This document shows positions 27,847 to 40,335 of a DNA stretch of 64,000 bases, piece by piece (positions within the stretch are counted from its first letter, which is position 1; each line of letters opens with the position of its first letter). The stretch lies in assembly GCF_009914755.1 (NCBI RefSeq), contig NC_060929.1; one strand, given 5' to 3'. Below the pieces are notes generated by a model, which was not told the DNA's origin, did no database searches, and worked only from the letters and a program-made list of their open reading frames with translations. Position numbers and translations under genes: made by a program. This stretch comes from the human T2T-CHM13v2.0 reference genome, Homo sapiens.

Positions 27847-29974
27847 TATTTGTGCATTATAAGATTTTCTGAAATGCTCAAAAAAATGCAATGCTCATCA
27901 CAAAATCAGAAGTAAGTTCAGGGACAACATATAATCTTCAGATCAAACAGGACTTTCCTCAACTAAGAAAATTGGAGTGTAATACTAAACGCTAAATGAT
28001 TTTGATGTTTTAAATATTATTTCTTAAAAACTAACATTTCTTTTTCCGATTAACGTAAAAAGAAGTTTAAACTATCAAAGCACAAGTACCCAGATGTCTA
28101 TTTAATGCACATAAAGACTTTTTGTACATAAAAAGAACGCATGGGATGATTTATACTGGCTTTTAAACTTTATATATAATAATAATTGAGAAAAACTTTA
28201 TTTGGCATCATGATGTCAGAGACAGTGAAAACAAACAAACAAAAAAAATCAGATCTCTGAACAATTTAACTTGTGGAAATTTCTTCTTCCTTAAATATAG
28301 TTATAACGAGTCTTTTCAGAGTCATTCAGTAATGATCATTCAATATGATCATTATTACTGTATTTTAATGTTGTGTTAGTTTTCGTCATGATCAAACAGA
28401 CTGATGGTCAGTTAATACCCAAGATGATAGTAACGTTGAGAACCTTCTTATTTCACCGTGAACTCACCCAAAATGCAAATAAAATGGGTCACAGAGAAAT
28501 ACCTAACCTGAGAAATGTTTGCACTTTAAAGACATATGTAGCTTATGAAGGTGATGATTTTACTTGCACATTTTTTCCTAACAGGCACTGCTTTCACAGC
28601 TTTGAGCATCTTAAAGGACTTTCTTTACATTCTGAACTTCTGGGAATCCTTAGTTATTTGTATTGCAAATAACTCCATTTTTAACAAGTCACAAAAGAGC
28701 CATTAATATGCAATATTATAGTATCCCCTGACAGGTTTAAACCCCCAAACAGACCTCAACTGTAAATAATTTTATATACATTATTTTGGTTTTCTTCCCC
28801 TCATCTTCACATTTCATCTTTTTTACTGACACTTTTATCTTAGATTTGGAGTCCAGCCTTCCACACCTGATCTTATACACCAGCCTCGCTTTACATCATG
28901 CTGCAAAATCCTCAGGTAATTAACATCATTTTTTCAATGATTTGACCCTCTCTGATATTTCTCAGACATACTTCCAATGATCCTGAAATAATGTCTCCTC
29001 TCTGACCAGTTATACAAGATTAAAATACTAAAATTATTTTCTGTGGAAATCTCAGAAGCCTATTTCATTTTTTAAATAAACTGCCTATTTCTTTAAGAAA
29101 ACATGTTTAGAAAACTTCTATCTGAGACGTTAAGACAGCCTGCTTTAGGTGTATCAGGTTTTGAAAGTTAGAAAATTTGATGTGTCCTCTGTGTAAGAAA
29201 ACAAAAAGGCAAAATTGCAATTGTCACATTAAGTCCAAACATTACTATATAAATCAAAATGAATAGCCAATTTTATAAAATTACAAATTTTGAACACCAG
29301 AAATATTTTTAAAATCATATTTTCACCATTTAACTTTCTCACCAACCTCTATAATACATTTTCTTACATTTTGTTTGTATTTTTTCTGATTACCATGTCA
29401 TATGATGACAATTGTATAATAGCATTGTCTCTACAAAAATACAAAATGTAATTCAGTCTTTCTTCTAGCATGGTTGATGAAGACCTTTATTATTAGTTAA
29501 TGTTTAGAAAGGTTTCTTTCAGCTTCAATCTTGTTATTGGAAATGCTATGCAAATTCTAGGATTGTTTCTAAATTTGTCAAAATCTCTTTTTAGTTTCTT
29601 TTAGTATAAACTTTAAGATTTCAGAACTTATTTACTTTGTACTTCCTTTTGCAGTGTGTTGTCTTAAATAATTTTTGGCATGACCACCGTTTGTTGATTA
29701 AATTCTTGTTAATGTTTTTGTTTGTTTCATCATCATCAGCGGCATTTTGTGGTATTCAACCAGAAAATAAGGCTCTGTAAAAATGTAACTGGACAATTCA
29801 TTATAAGATGAAGGAGACATGTAGGTGCTCAGGCATAGCTAAGTAGAGAAAAATAGTGAGGTTAAAAAGTATGGGTGAGATAGAAGTGGGCAATTAGAAT
29901 GAAAATATATGTAGAGCCAGACAAAAAGATGGCTCATAGTGACAAATTCTGGACATAAGTAAGAATCAACTAGA

Positions 29975-30327
29975 ATATATATATATATATTAAACAAAGT
30001 CTCACTCTGTCTCTGCTCCAGGCTGGAATGAAGTGACATGATCATAGCTTACTGCATTCTGGAATTCCTAGGCCCAATACATCCTTCTGCATCAGCTTCC
30101 TGAGTAGCTGGGACTACAGGCAATGCCACTGTGCCTGGCTTATTTATTTATTTATTTACTTTGTTTGTAGAGATGTGGTGTGGGGGGCGGTGTCCCATCT
30201 TCTTACCCAGGCTGGTCTTGAACTCCCGCCTTCAAGTTTTCCTCCCACCTGCTGGGATTCAAGTGATCCTCCCACCTGCCTCCCAAAATGCTGGGATTAC
30301 AGCCCTGAGCCTCTGTGCCTGGCCCAG
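29975..30327 (-). mobile_element. AluJ
   Basis: Diverged Alu with (TA)n tail and a small internal duplication near 30240-30280. Confidence 0.85.
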
Positions 30328-30608
30328 CTAGAATGGTTTTAAATTAAAAGTCCTGTTGATGGATCACTAAACATGAGACAGATAATTTTGTATATTGTTA
30401 AGATCATTAGCATTAATTTCAAACAAATTGATGCTTGAATATTAGTGCTGCCCTTATTAGCCTGTGAAACCTTATTAGCAATTACTGAACACAGAAGTAA
30501 CAGCAGTATGACACACATGTGCACTACATCTAAACTAATTCTAGCGCTAACTTTTTTTCCTGTCAGTTGGGTTCCCAAAACACCTTTGCCTACACCAAAT
30601 CCCCCCCC

Positions 30609-31148
30609 TACTAAATAAAACTAGGCAAAGTTAAACAGGTAAGGAAGGCTTATTCATGGATCTTGCAATTGGGGGAAAGACTAGAATGTAGTCTGAACTC
30701 AATTCCCTTGAAACAAAAGGGCAGGAGAGTTTTTAAGAGCTGTGGTGGGAAAGAACATACGCCATCTGTGTTTGCTAATTGTCCTGACCTAAAAGAAAAG
30801 CAAACTTTCTAATTTCTTCATGACAGAAAGTAGTTTCACAACCTGAAGCAAAGTGTCCACCAAAGTTAGTTTCCCTGCCACAGAGAATGAGAGATAGGCA
30901 TGTCTATCTTCCTTGATGATGACATTTCAAAGAGATGGCTCCCAGGCCCTTAAGAAAAAAATCATTCCTGGGTTGTAAAACTGGCAGTCTTTTAAAAAGA
31001 TTTACATCTCAAATGGGTTGGGAAAAAATTTACAATGACAATTTTTTTTTTAAGTCATTGCTACAAGAAAAGTGAGATTGGAAGGTTAGTGAGGAAGCCT
31101 GTCTAAAGTTTATTTAAACTCAGGGGAATTAAAACTGTCTTGGCCACA
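30609..31148 (-). mobile_element. ERV1 solo LTR, MER67/MER31-like
   Basis: gccatctgtgtttgctaattg, catttcaaagagatggctcccagg, cattcctgggttgtaaaactggca, gaagcctgtctaaagttta. Confidence 0.7.
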
Positions 31149-31559
31149 ACTAACATAAGGAGAACTGGAAAGAAAGAGGAGTCTGAGAGGAAAGACAGTG
31201 AACTTTTACACCTTTTACAGAAGTTTGTGCCCATGACAACACCCTAATCATTTGTAGGGACCTGATTAAATGAAGAATACTGGTTTAAATTTCTTTCACT
31301 TCCCAATATATCTACCACTGTAAAAGTACATGGGACATTAAATTAGACAGAGCCAAGCAGAAATCCCAGCTCTGTCATTTATAAAACATTTTCTTGGCAT
31401 ATGCTTATTCTTTCTTCACCCCTCATTCTTTATATCAACCGAGCAGCCAGATCTGAAAATTAGGCCTCCCAAAGGTTTTTCTATTCTTCTCTTCCATATT
31501 CACAGATATCATATGGTACAGAACGTCATGATCTTTCACATAGAATAACGTTGACACCA

Positions 31560-34030
31560 CCTAATGAGCTGCCACACTTCTGTTGCTCTCATATAATCCT
31601 CACACAATAGCCACAATCATCTTTCAAAAATTTAAACAAAGTCTATCATTTACCTGCATACAACTTTAAGAATATCCCCATTTCACTTCGAAATAAATCT
31701 GCCTCTTTCCTGTAGTCTACAATGGCTCAAGTTTTCTCTTTCATTTATTGTATTCCAGAAACACTGGCTGTCTTTCATGCCTTGAGCATGTTAAACTTTA
31801 TCTTATCAGGGCTTTTTCACAGGCTAATTCCTCTCTTAAAACTGAGCATTGTCTGTATTTTCAATCACTCTCAATATAATACAGAGAACCATGTAAACTT
31901 ACTCTGGTTACTAGTGAGGTTAAATAACTTTTCATGTGTGTATTGATCATCTTGAATTCTTTTTCATATGCATTTTTCACTCAAATTTCTTGCTTAGTGT
32001 TGCTATTGTGCAAAATCACTTTTAAAGGCTTTTGTATAAGGTTATAGAAACGTTTTTACATATATTGCAGACATGTAAAAAGTTTTTATTATGTTTTATT
32101 CATTGTTTAAAATGGAGTTTTGTGCTTATTTCATTTTTAAAAATTTAAATATTAATTCCATCTTTCTGTATAGTTGGTAGTATATTATTTTTAACTGTCA
32201 TTTCATTTCTGAACTAAAAAGGAAGATATGCCTTAGTCTACTCAGGAATTTCTCAAATTTCAGTACTGAATTTTTTGACATATCAATTATTAACAACAAT
32301 CTATCAACTTAATACCCAGCATTTCATACTTGTGAATTTTTAGAGTAGTCTAAAACATCCCTGTGTCTTCTCATATTAGTAAACTTTCAAACTCTTTCTT
32401 AGGTTTTAAGTTTTCACATAATGAATCTTGCAGGAAAATAAAACTAATCTCTTGGTTCACTATTTCACTGAAAAGACTGAACACTTTTGGTGCATCACAT
32501 ACCCTTTTAGTTGCTGGGAATAACGCAGTGAAAACAGACAAAACAGAAAAATAATTTATGTCTTGGTAAGCCTTCTAACAAGTGAGTAAACAGAAAAAAA
32601 TACGTGAATTTTTTTAAAGATATATATATATATATTTTAAAATATATGTATTTTAAAATATATATATATATATAGACAGATAATATGTACACATAGGCTT
32701 AAAAGAAGGCTACTGCAACAATAAAAGTAAGAATAGTTCACTATAATGAGATCAATGAGGATGGAGAGGAGTTTTCAGAATGTGGGGTCAACAGGATTTG
32801 CTGAAAGATTTGACTGGATTACATGTAGAAGAATCTAGAATGACACAAACGTTTTAAACTAAGAACTTGAAAATACAGAGATGCCACTTATTGAAATGGG
32901 GAAGATTTTAAGTGAAACAGGCTTGGTTAAGGGAAAGATCAGGACTTTGATTCAGACCTTTGAATTTTGAGATACTGCTCTATGGTTATGTGGAAATGCT
33001 GATCAGGCAGCTGGATATAGAAGCTCATGGGGGATATTTAGGCTGAATATATAATTCCAAAAGCTATCACCATATAGATGATATGTATGCCACATGCTGG
33101 TGTGAAATCACCAAGGTAATTATGCAGACTGATACTCTGGGATTTCTATGTCTACTTGAAAGGGAGAAAGAATTAGTGGTGGAATTGTGAAGATAACCAG
33201 TGGCAGAAAAGAAAAACCAGAGAGTATAGTGTCCTAGAAGTCAAGTAAATAAAGTATATCAGTGATAAAACAGTAATCAACGCTATCAAATTCTGCTGAT
33301 ATATAGCAAATTTTGAGAATTTATCAAGCATTTAGCAAATGGAGGTTATTGGGTACATCGCCGACAGCAGTTGCAGTAAAATAGCAGGGAAAAATTTTGT
33401 TTGTGCAATATTCAAGAGAGAATGGAAGAATAGAAATTGGAGACTAAAAGTCTCTTTCAAAGGAGTGTGATTTAAAACCGCAGAATAATGTAGTTGGTCT
33501 GTAGAACGAATAGAAGGTCAAGGGAAATTTGTTTCAAATAAATTACATGTGGTATTGCTGGCTGGTTTGATTCAGTAGAGATTTAAAAAATAGGTGATCC
33601 AGATAAATATTGAGGAATGTCTGAGAAAGGGATGGAATCCAGTGTATAATCAAGGAGTTAGACTCCTTAGTAACAAGAGGAAAGAAAGGCTGAGCATATG
33701 GGATTAGCAGCATGTAAGTGAGTAGAAGTAGTTCTTATGTTCTCTTGCAGTTGTCCTATTTTTTTCAGAAATATAATAAGAAAAATCATTAACTGAGAGT
33801 TAGAATGGAGAGATATTATTGGTGTTTTCTAAGAAAAGAATAAGATAAGAAATACTAGACTAGGAAATGAAGCAATAGAAATATAATAATTTTGCTGGAC
33901 TACACTAGACAACAATTCAGCACTTACATATTTATTCAACAAATGTTTATTGTGCCTCTTCTGGATTCTAAATGCTCCTGTAGGCACTTGTGATATAACA
34001 GTAAACAAAAGAGATTCTTGATGTTATAGA
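31560..34030. mobile_element. Degraded L2 fragments, with (TA)n low complexity at ~32618-32675
   Basis: gagatgccacttattgaaatggggaaga, caggcagctggatatagaag, tttattcaacaaatgtttattgtgcc; boundaries approximate. Confidence 0.55.
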
Positions 34031-35702
34031 GCCTAGGTTAGTGGTTATAAATTTTAAGTGAGACCAACTGTAATTTTCTTCAGATAGGTTCTGTTTGGGA
34101 GGTTTATTCAAGTAGAAAGGATATAGAATTAACCAGAATTGAGATTGTGCCAGACAGTGACATGGAATGAGGGTAAACGGAAAAGAGTGATTTTAATCAT
34201 GTCATGGAGTTGTAGCTGTTAGAAAGTGAAGATTTTAATGTGTGAGATACAACAACCTCAGCAGTATTATGGCAGATTCTGATAAAAGTCAAAAGATTTC
34301 TCAATCTGAAGCATTAGAGGAACTAGGCTAGAATAAAGTGGTACTTTTTAAATAATTGGATTCTTGAGTTTGAGATTACAATAATAACAATAATTGATAA
34401 TGTGAATCACAGAGATTCTTGATTTTTTGTGAATTATAACAAATTAAAGCAGGTCACAAAACCCCAGTATGGGTCCTGAGGTTTCATATTTTTAGCTGCT
34501 CCACAGATGACTCAAATTTACAATCAGAGTAGAAAACCTATGGTAGGATTATGATCATGAGAATGAATGGCTAAAGTAGGATAGAAGTCAAAAATCACTG
34601 GAGGATCTGAGAAACCAGAGAAAGAATAAGCTATGTTCAGCCAGGACTTTAAAAGTGCCAAGATTTATAGCAGCACTAGTGTTGGAGAGTGATGGTGATC
34701 CAAGAACTCTACAGGAGAGTGATTCTAAAGTGGATATTTAGTAAATATATAGTTGATGGCATGTGATTCAAAGCTGAGTGGTTTTGTTTTTGTTTTTGAG
34801 AGAAAATGGCTTTGAAATATCAATAAGGAATTTAAAGATTATTTTATCTACTGCCATCCCAGAGGTTTGAGGTATGTGGGCAGATAAAATCAAACAAACA
34901 ATAATGATAATAATAACAAAAATACACGACATAAGGAGGCTGCAGGAGAAATAATGCATCACCTCAAGGAAGAGCCAAAACCTTTTCTTTTTTTAAACTG
35001 ATGACATTTCATAAGTTCTAGGAGGCACTCGGCGGCATTCCAGAATTTAGGGAATGTGAGAGTGTGGTCAGAAAACAGATTGTTCAGAGCCAAATGAAGA
35101 TGGGAGATGGAATGAGAGCCTGAACCTCTTACGGTAACACATATGTACAGGGCTAAAAGGGCAGAATTGTTCCTGGTGTCAGCCACTTACAAATATGAAT
35201 AAACTGTTGTGTTTTGTTTTTAAATAATAAGCAGACTCCCTAGAAGATCTGATTTTTATATTAAAGCTTAACAAACTAATTAAATTAAAATTTAAAGTGA
35301 TTACTGTAAACAAATTACGTGGAGATTTAGATAGCTAGTGTCCTAAAATTATGCATTTAAACTGTTTTCCCTGAGCCATAACCTGTCAGGCAAGTAATCC
35401 AGTGGTTTCTGTAATTGGTTCAAGCTCTGATAGAGACTTCAGGCTCTTTTCTGTTAACAAAGATAATATTATCATTTCTCCTCCATGAGTAAAGCAGCCT
35501 TTGTTGTCAGTGTTAAACAGTAACTGTGACATATAAATCCTCCCCTGTGCTACACATTGGCCGGAGTAGTGATGAGGAAGATAGTCTTCAGTGTCTCAAA
35601 TACATGGATTTAAATTCTACCTCTGCTACTCCCTAACCAAGTGACCATGAGCAAATGACTCATTGTCTCTGGTCTTCACCTTCTTTGTTTATAAAAATGG
35701 GT

Positions 35703-38700
35703 CATCCTGTTGATAATTTCATTTGCTGTACAGAAGCTCTTGAGTTTAATTATATCCCATTTGCCAATTTGTGCCTTTGTTGTGTTTGTTTTTGGCATCT
35801 TCATCATGAAATCTTTGCCTGTGCCTATGTCCAGAATGGTATTGCATAGGTTGTCTTCCAGGGTTTTTATAGTTTTAGGTTTTGCATTTAAGATTTTAAT
35901 CCATCTTGAGCTGATTTTTGTATATGGTATAAGAAAAGGGTCCAGTTTCAATCTTCTGCATATGGCAAGCTAGTTCTCCTAGCACCATTTATTGAATTAG
36001 GAGTCCTTTCACCACTGCTTGTTTTGGTCAGCCTTGTCAAAGATCAGGAGGTCAGAGGTGTGAGATCTTATTTCAGGCCTCTCTATTCTGTTCTATTGGT
36101 CTATGTGTCTGTTTTTGTACCAGTACCATGCTGTTTTCATTACAGTTGCCCTGTAGTATAGTTAGGATAATGTGATGACTCCAGCTTTGTTAGTTTTGCT
36201 CAGCATTGCCTTGGCTATTAAGGCTTTTTGGGGGCTGCATATGAAATTTAAAATAGTTTTTTTTCTAATTCTGCGAAGAATGCCATTGGTAGTTGATAGG
36301 AGTAGCATTAAATCTGTAAATTACTTTGGGCAGTACAGCCATTATAATTATATTAATTCTTTCTGTCCATGAACATGGATGGTATTTCCATTTGTTTGTG
36401 TCATCTCTGATTTCTTTGAGCAGTGTTTTATCATTCTCATTGTAGAGATCTTTCACCTCTCTGGTTAGCTGTATTCCTAGGTATTTTATTCTTTTCGTGG
36501 CAATTGTGAATGGGATTGTGTTCTTGATTTGGCTCTTAGCTTGGCTGTTTTGGTATATAGAAATGGTAGTAATTTTTGTACATTGATTTTGCCTCCTGAA
36601 ACTTTGCTGAAGTTGTATATCAGCTGAAGGAGCTTTGGGGTCAAGACTCTGTGGTTTTCTAGGTATAGATTCATATCTACAAACAGGGATAGTTTCAACT
36701 CCTCTCTTCCTGTCTGAATGTCCTTTACTTCTTTCTCTCAACAGATTGCTCTGGCCAGGACTTCCAATATTATGCTTGAATAGGAGTAGTGAGAAAGGGC
36801 ATAATTGTCTTGTGCCAGTTTTCAAAACGAATGTTTCTAGTTTTTTTCCATTCAGTATGATGTTGACTGTTGGTTTGTCATAGATGGCTCTTATTGTTTT
36901 GAGACATGTTTCTTCAATACCTAGTTATTGAGAATTTGTAACATAAAGGGGTGTTGAATTTTATCAAAAGTTTTTTTTTCTGCATCTATTGAGATAATAA
37001 TATGGTTTCTGTCTTTAGTTCCATTTATGTGATGAATTACATTGCTTGATTTGTGTATGTTGAACCAGCCTTGCATGCTGGCAATGAAGCCTATTTGATC
37101 ATGGTGAGTTAGATTTTGATATGCTGCTGGATTCAGTTTGCAAGTATTTTATTGAGGATTTTTTCATCAATGTTCATCAAGAATATTGTCTACAAGTTTT
37201 CTTTTTAGTTATGTTTCTACCAGGTTTTGGTATCAGGATGATTCTGGTCTCATAAAATGAGTTAGGGAAGAGATCTTCCTCCTTAATCGTTTCGAATAGT
37301 TTCAGTAGAAATAGTATACAGACAACCTACAGAATGGGAAAAATATTTGCAAACTGCATTTGACAAAGGTCTAATATCCAGTATCTATAAGGAACTTAAA
37401 TTTACCAGAAAATACAAAGAACCCTCTAAAATGTGGGCAATGGACATGAACAAACACTTTTCAAAAGAAGACATACATGCGACCAACAAGCATATGAAAA
37501 AAAGCTTAATATCACTTATCACTGGATAAATGCATATCAAAATCACCATGAGATCCCATCTCACACAGTCAAAATGGCTATTTTTAAACTTTTATTTTAA
37601 GTTCAGGGGTAACTGTGAAGGTTTGTTACATAGGTAAACTTGCATTATGGTGTGTTTTTGTTATACAGATAATTTCATCACCTAGGTATTAAGCCTAGTA
37701 CTCATTAGTTATTTTTCCTGATTCTCTCCCTCCTCCCACTCTCCACCCCCTAATAGGCTCCAGTATATTTGTTCCCCTCTATGTGTACATGTGTTCTCAT
37801 CATTTAGCTCCCACTTATAAGTGAGAACATGTGGTTTTCTGTTCCTGCATCAGTTTGCTAAGGATGATGGCATCCAGCTCTATTCATGTTTACACACACA
37901 CACACACACAAATTATGTCATTCTTTGTATGGCTGTGTAGTATTCATGGTGTATATGTGACACTATTGCTTTATCCAGACTATCATTGATGGGCAGGTAG
38001 GTTGATTCCATGTCATTGCTATTGTGAATAGTGCTGCAATGAACATACATGTAGATGCGTTTTTATAATTCAATGATTTCTATTCCTTTTTGTATATACC
38101 CAGTAATGATATTGCTGGATTGAATGATATTTCCATCTTTAGTCTTTTGAGGAGTTGCCATATTGTCTTCCTTAATGGTTGAACTAATTTATTATCCCAC
38201 CAACAGTGTGTAAGTGTTCATTTTTGTCCACAATGTTACCAGCATCTGTTTTTTTGACTTTTTCATGCAGAATGGTTATTATTAAATAGTCAAAAAATAA
38301 CAGACGCTGATGAGGTTGCAGAGAAAAAGGAATGCTTATACACTATTGGTGGGAGTGTAAATTAGGTCAACCATTGTGGAAAGCAGTGTGGTGATTCCTC
38401 AAATAGCTAATAACAGAACTACCATTTGACCCAGCTATCCCATTATTGTATACATACCCAGGGGAATATAAATTATTCAACCATAGTGACACATGGACGT
38501 GAATGTTCATTGCAGCACTATTCACAATAGCAGAGACATGGAATCAACCTAAATGCCCATCAATGACAGATTGGATACAGAAAATGTGGTACATATACAC
38601 TATGGAATACTATGTAGCCATAAGAAAGAATGAGATTATGTTTTTTGTGGGAACCTAGATGGAAATGGAGGCCATTAGGGTTAGAAAACTAATGTAGGAA

Positions 38701-38955
38701 CAGAAAACCAAAGACCAAATGTTCTGTCATAAGTGGGAGCTAAATGATGAGAACTCAAGGACACAAAGAGAGCAAAAACAGACACTGGGTCCTAGTTGAG
38801 GGTGAAAGGTGAGAGGAGGGACAGGAGAAAAAAAATTATTGGGTACTAGGCTTAGTACCTGGGTGATGAAATAATCTGTACAACAAACCCCCAATACACA
38901 AGTTTACCTATATAAAAAACCTGCACATGTACTCCTGAACCTAAAAAAAAATAAA
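35703..38955 (+). mobile_element. 5'-inverted L1PA15/16-like element inserted in a MIR (inverted part 35703-37316; sense part 37318-37586 and 38269-38955)
   Basis: Minus-strand ORF2 ends at [12 protein letters not shown] and the plus segment resumes at (N)RQPTEW; poly-A ~38943; TSD aaatgggt(c/a)a at 35695-35704 and 38960-38969. Confidence 0.85.
37587..38268 (-). mobile_element. Nested 5'-truncated L1PA15-like 3' end, antisense within the host L1
   Basis: ttttattttaagttcaggggt...; TSD aaaatggctattttta (37571-37586) / agaatggttattatta (38269-38284). Confidence 0.85.
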
Positions 38956-39462
38956 ACCCAAATGGGTAACTATAATACTTATTGAATGTTGAGATTATGA
39001 AAATGAAAAAAAAATCCATGTAAAAGTGAATACTCAGCATGCACTACCTATTTAATAAATGTTGTCACCTTTCTTATCTCTTTCTTCCCACAATACTCCT
39101 ATTATGCAGATGCTATTAGAACTTTACAGATGAAGAAACTGAGGAAATACAGCTAACAAATGACAGAGCCAAGCTGGATCGCTGTCTCTTCACACTGTAC
39201 TTTACTTATTTTTAGTTAGCACAGTAGCATATTACCTTCCCTCTCAAGACTGACTCACAGGTGTTGAGGACAATGAGGGCACTGGCCTAGAACTTCTCCA
39301 AGAGTCCCTTGCAAAGGAACCAAGAGTTAGCATAGGGAAAGAAGACTCTGTGTTCACTACCATATCAAACTTGGCAATAACCTAATATCCCTTTAACCCT
39401 GGTTGTTCAAAAAACCCAGAGGCACAGAGTCATACATTCCAATTAATTCCTAGGATAACCAA

Positions 39463-39485
39463 ATACATACATACATATATCTATC

Positions 39486-39523
<38 letters not shown>

Positions 39524-39543
39524 TATATGTATATATATGTGTG

Positions 39544-39589
<46 letters not shown>

Positions 39590-39592
39590 TGT
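39463..39592. repeat. Compound microsatellite (TACA)n/(TA)n/(CA)n/(TG)n
   Basis: Read directly; almost all alternating purine-pyrimidine. Confidence 0.95.
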
Positions 39593-40119
39593 TTCTAATG
39601 GGAGACATCTGCTAAATTCAAATAATCATCCTGGTATGATCCCTACTAAAAGTAAATAACATAGACTGATTTTTTTAAAACTATAGATTCCAAAGATTTT
39701 GTAATATGAAGAGTTACAAAGCAGCTTAGCTGCTATGGTAGACTATGGATATTTGCTTCAGCAGTAGCTGTTTTACAGAAATCTATCTGGGAGAACAAAA
39801 TAAAAACAAAATTAAACTATTTTCATTCATGTTCAGCCTAACTTATCTCTTCATATGTTTAATAAAATTATTTTTAAATAAATAGGATAAGTTTCAACAG
39901 CTATATTGTCTTACATTTTCCTTTCTAAGCAGCATTCAAATTAATTCTTTTTTTTGGAATATGAAAATCTGATTCCTGCATACATTTATTTTTAGAACCA
40001 GTTCTAAAGGAATAAACAAAACTAAACAAAAACTGGTCTCTTCTGATAAATTTCACAGCTTCACTGAAAGAGAAATATCTCTCATACATAATCCAAATTT
40101 CAATTGTAATAAGTGTGTG

Positions 40120-40335
40120 AGTATAGTATAATGACTAAGAGCCTGTTGCTCTGACATGGGACAATCCTAAGTTGAAAGTATGACACTATCACTAATTTAA
40201 AGTCTCTTAGCTTTCATTTCTTCAGCTTTAAAATGATAATGATATAATTAACTCATAAAGTTGTTGTGATGATTAAATGGGATAATGTTTTAATATAGCA
40301 ATTAACATATGATGATCACTCAATATTATTAGCCA
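40120..40335 (+). mobile_element. MIR
   Basis: tttcttcagctttaaaatgataatgatata...aagttgttgtgatgattaaatgggataatg. Confidence 0.65.
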
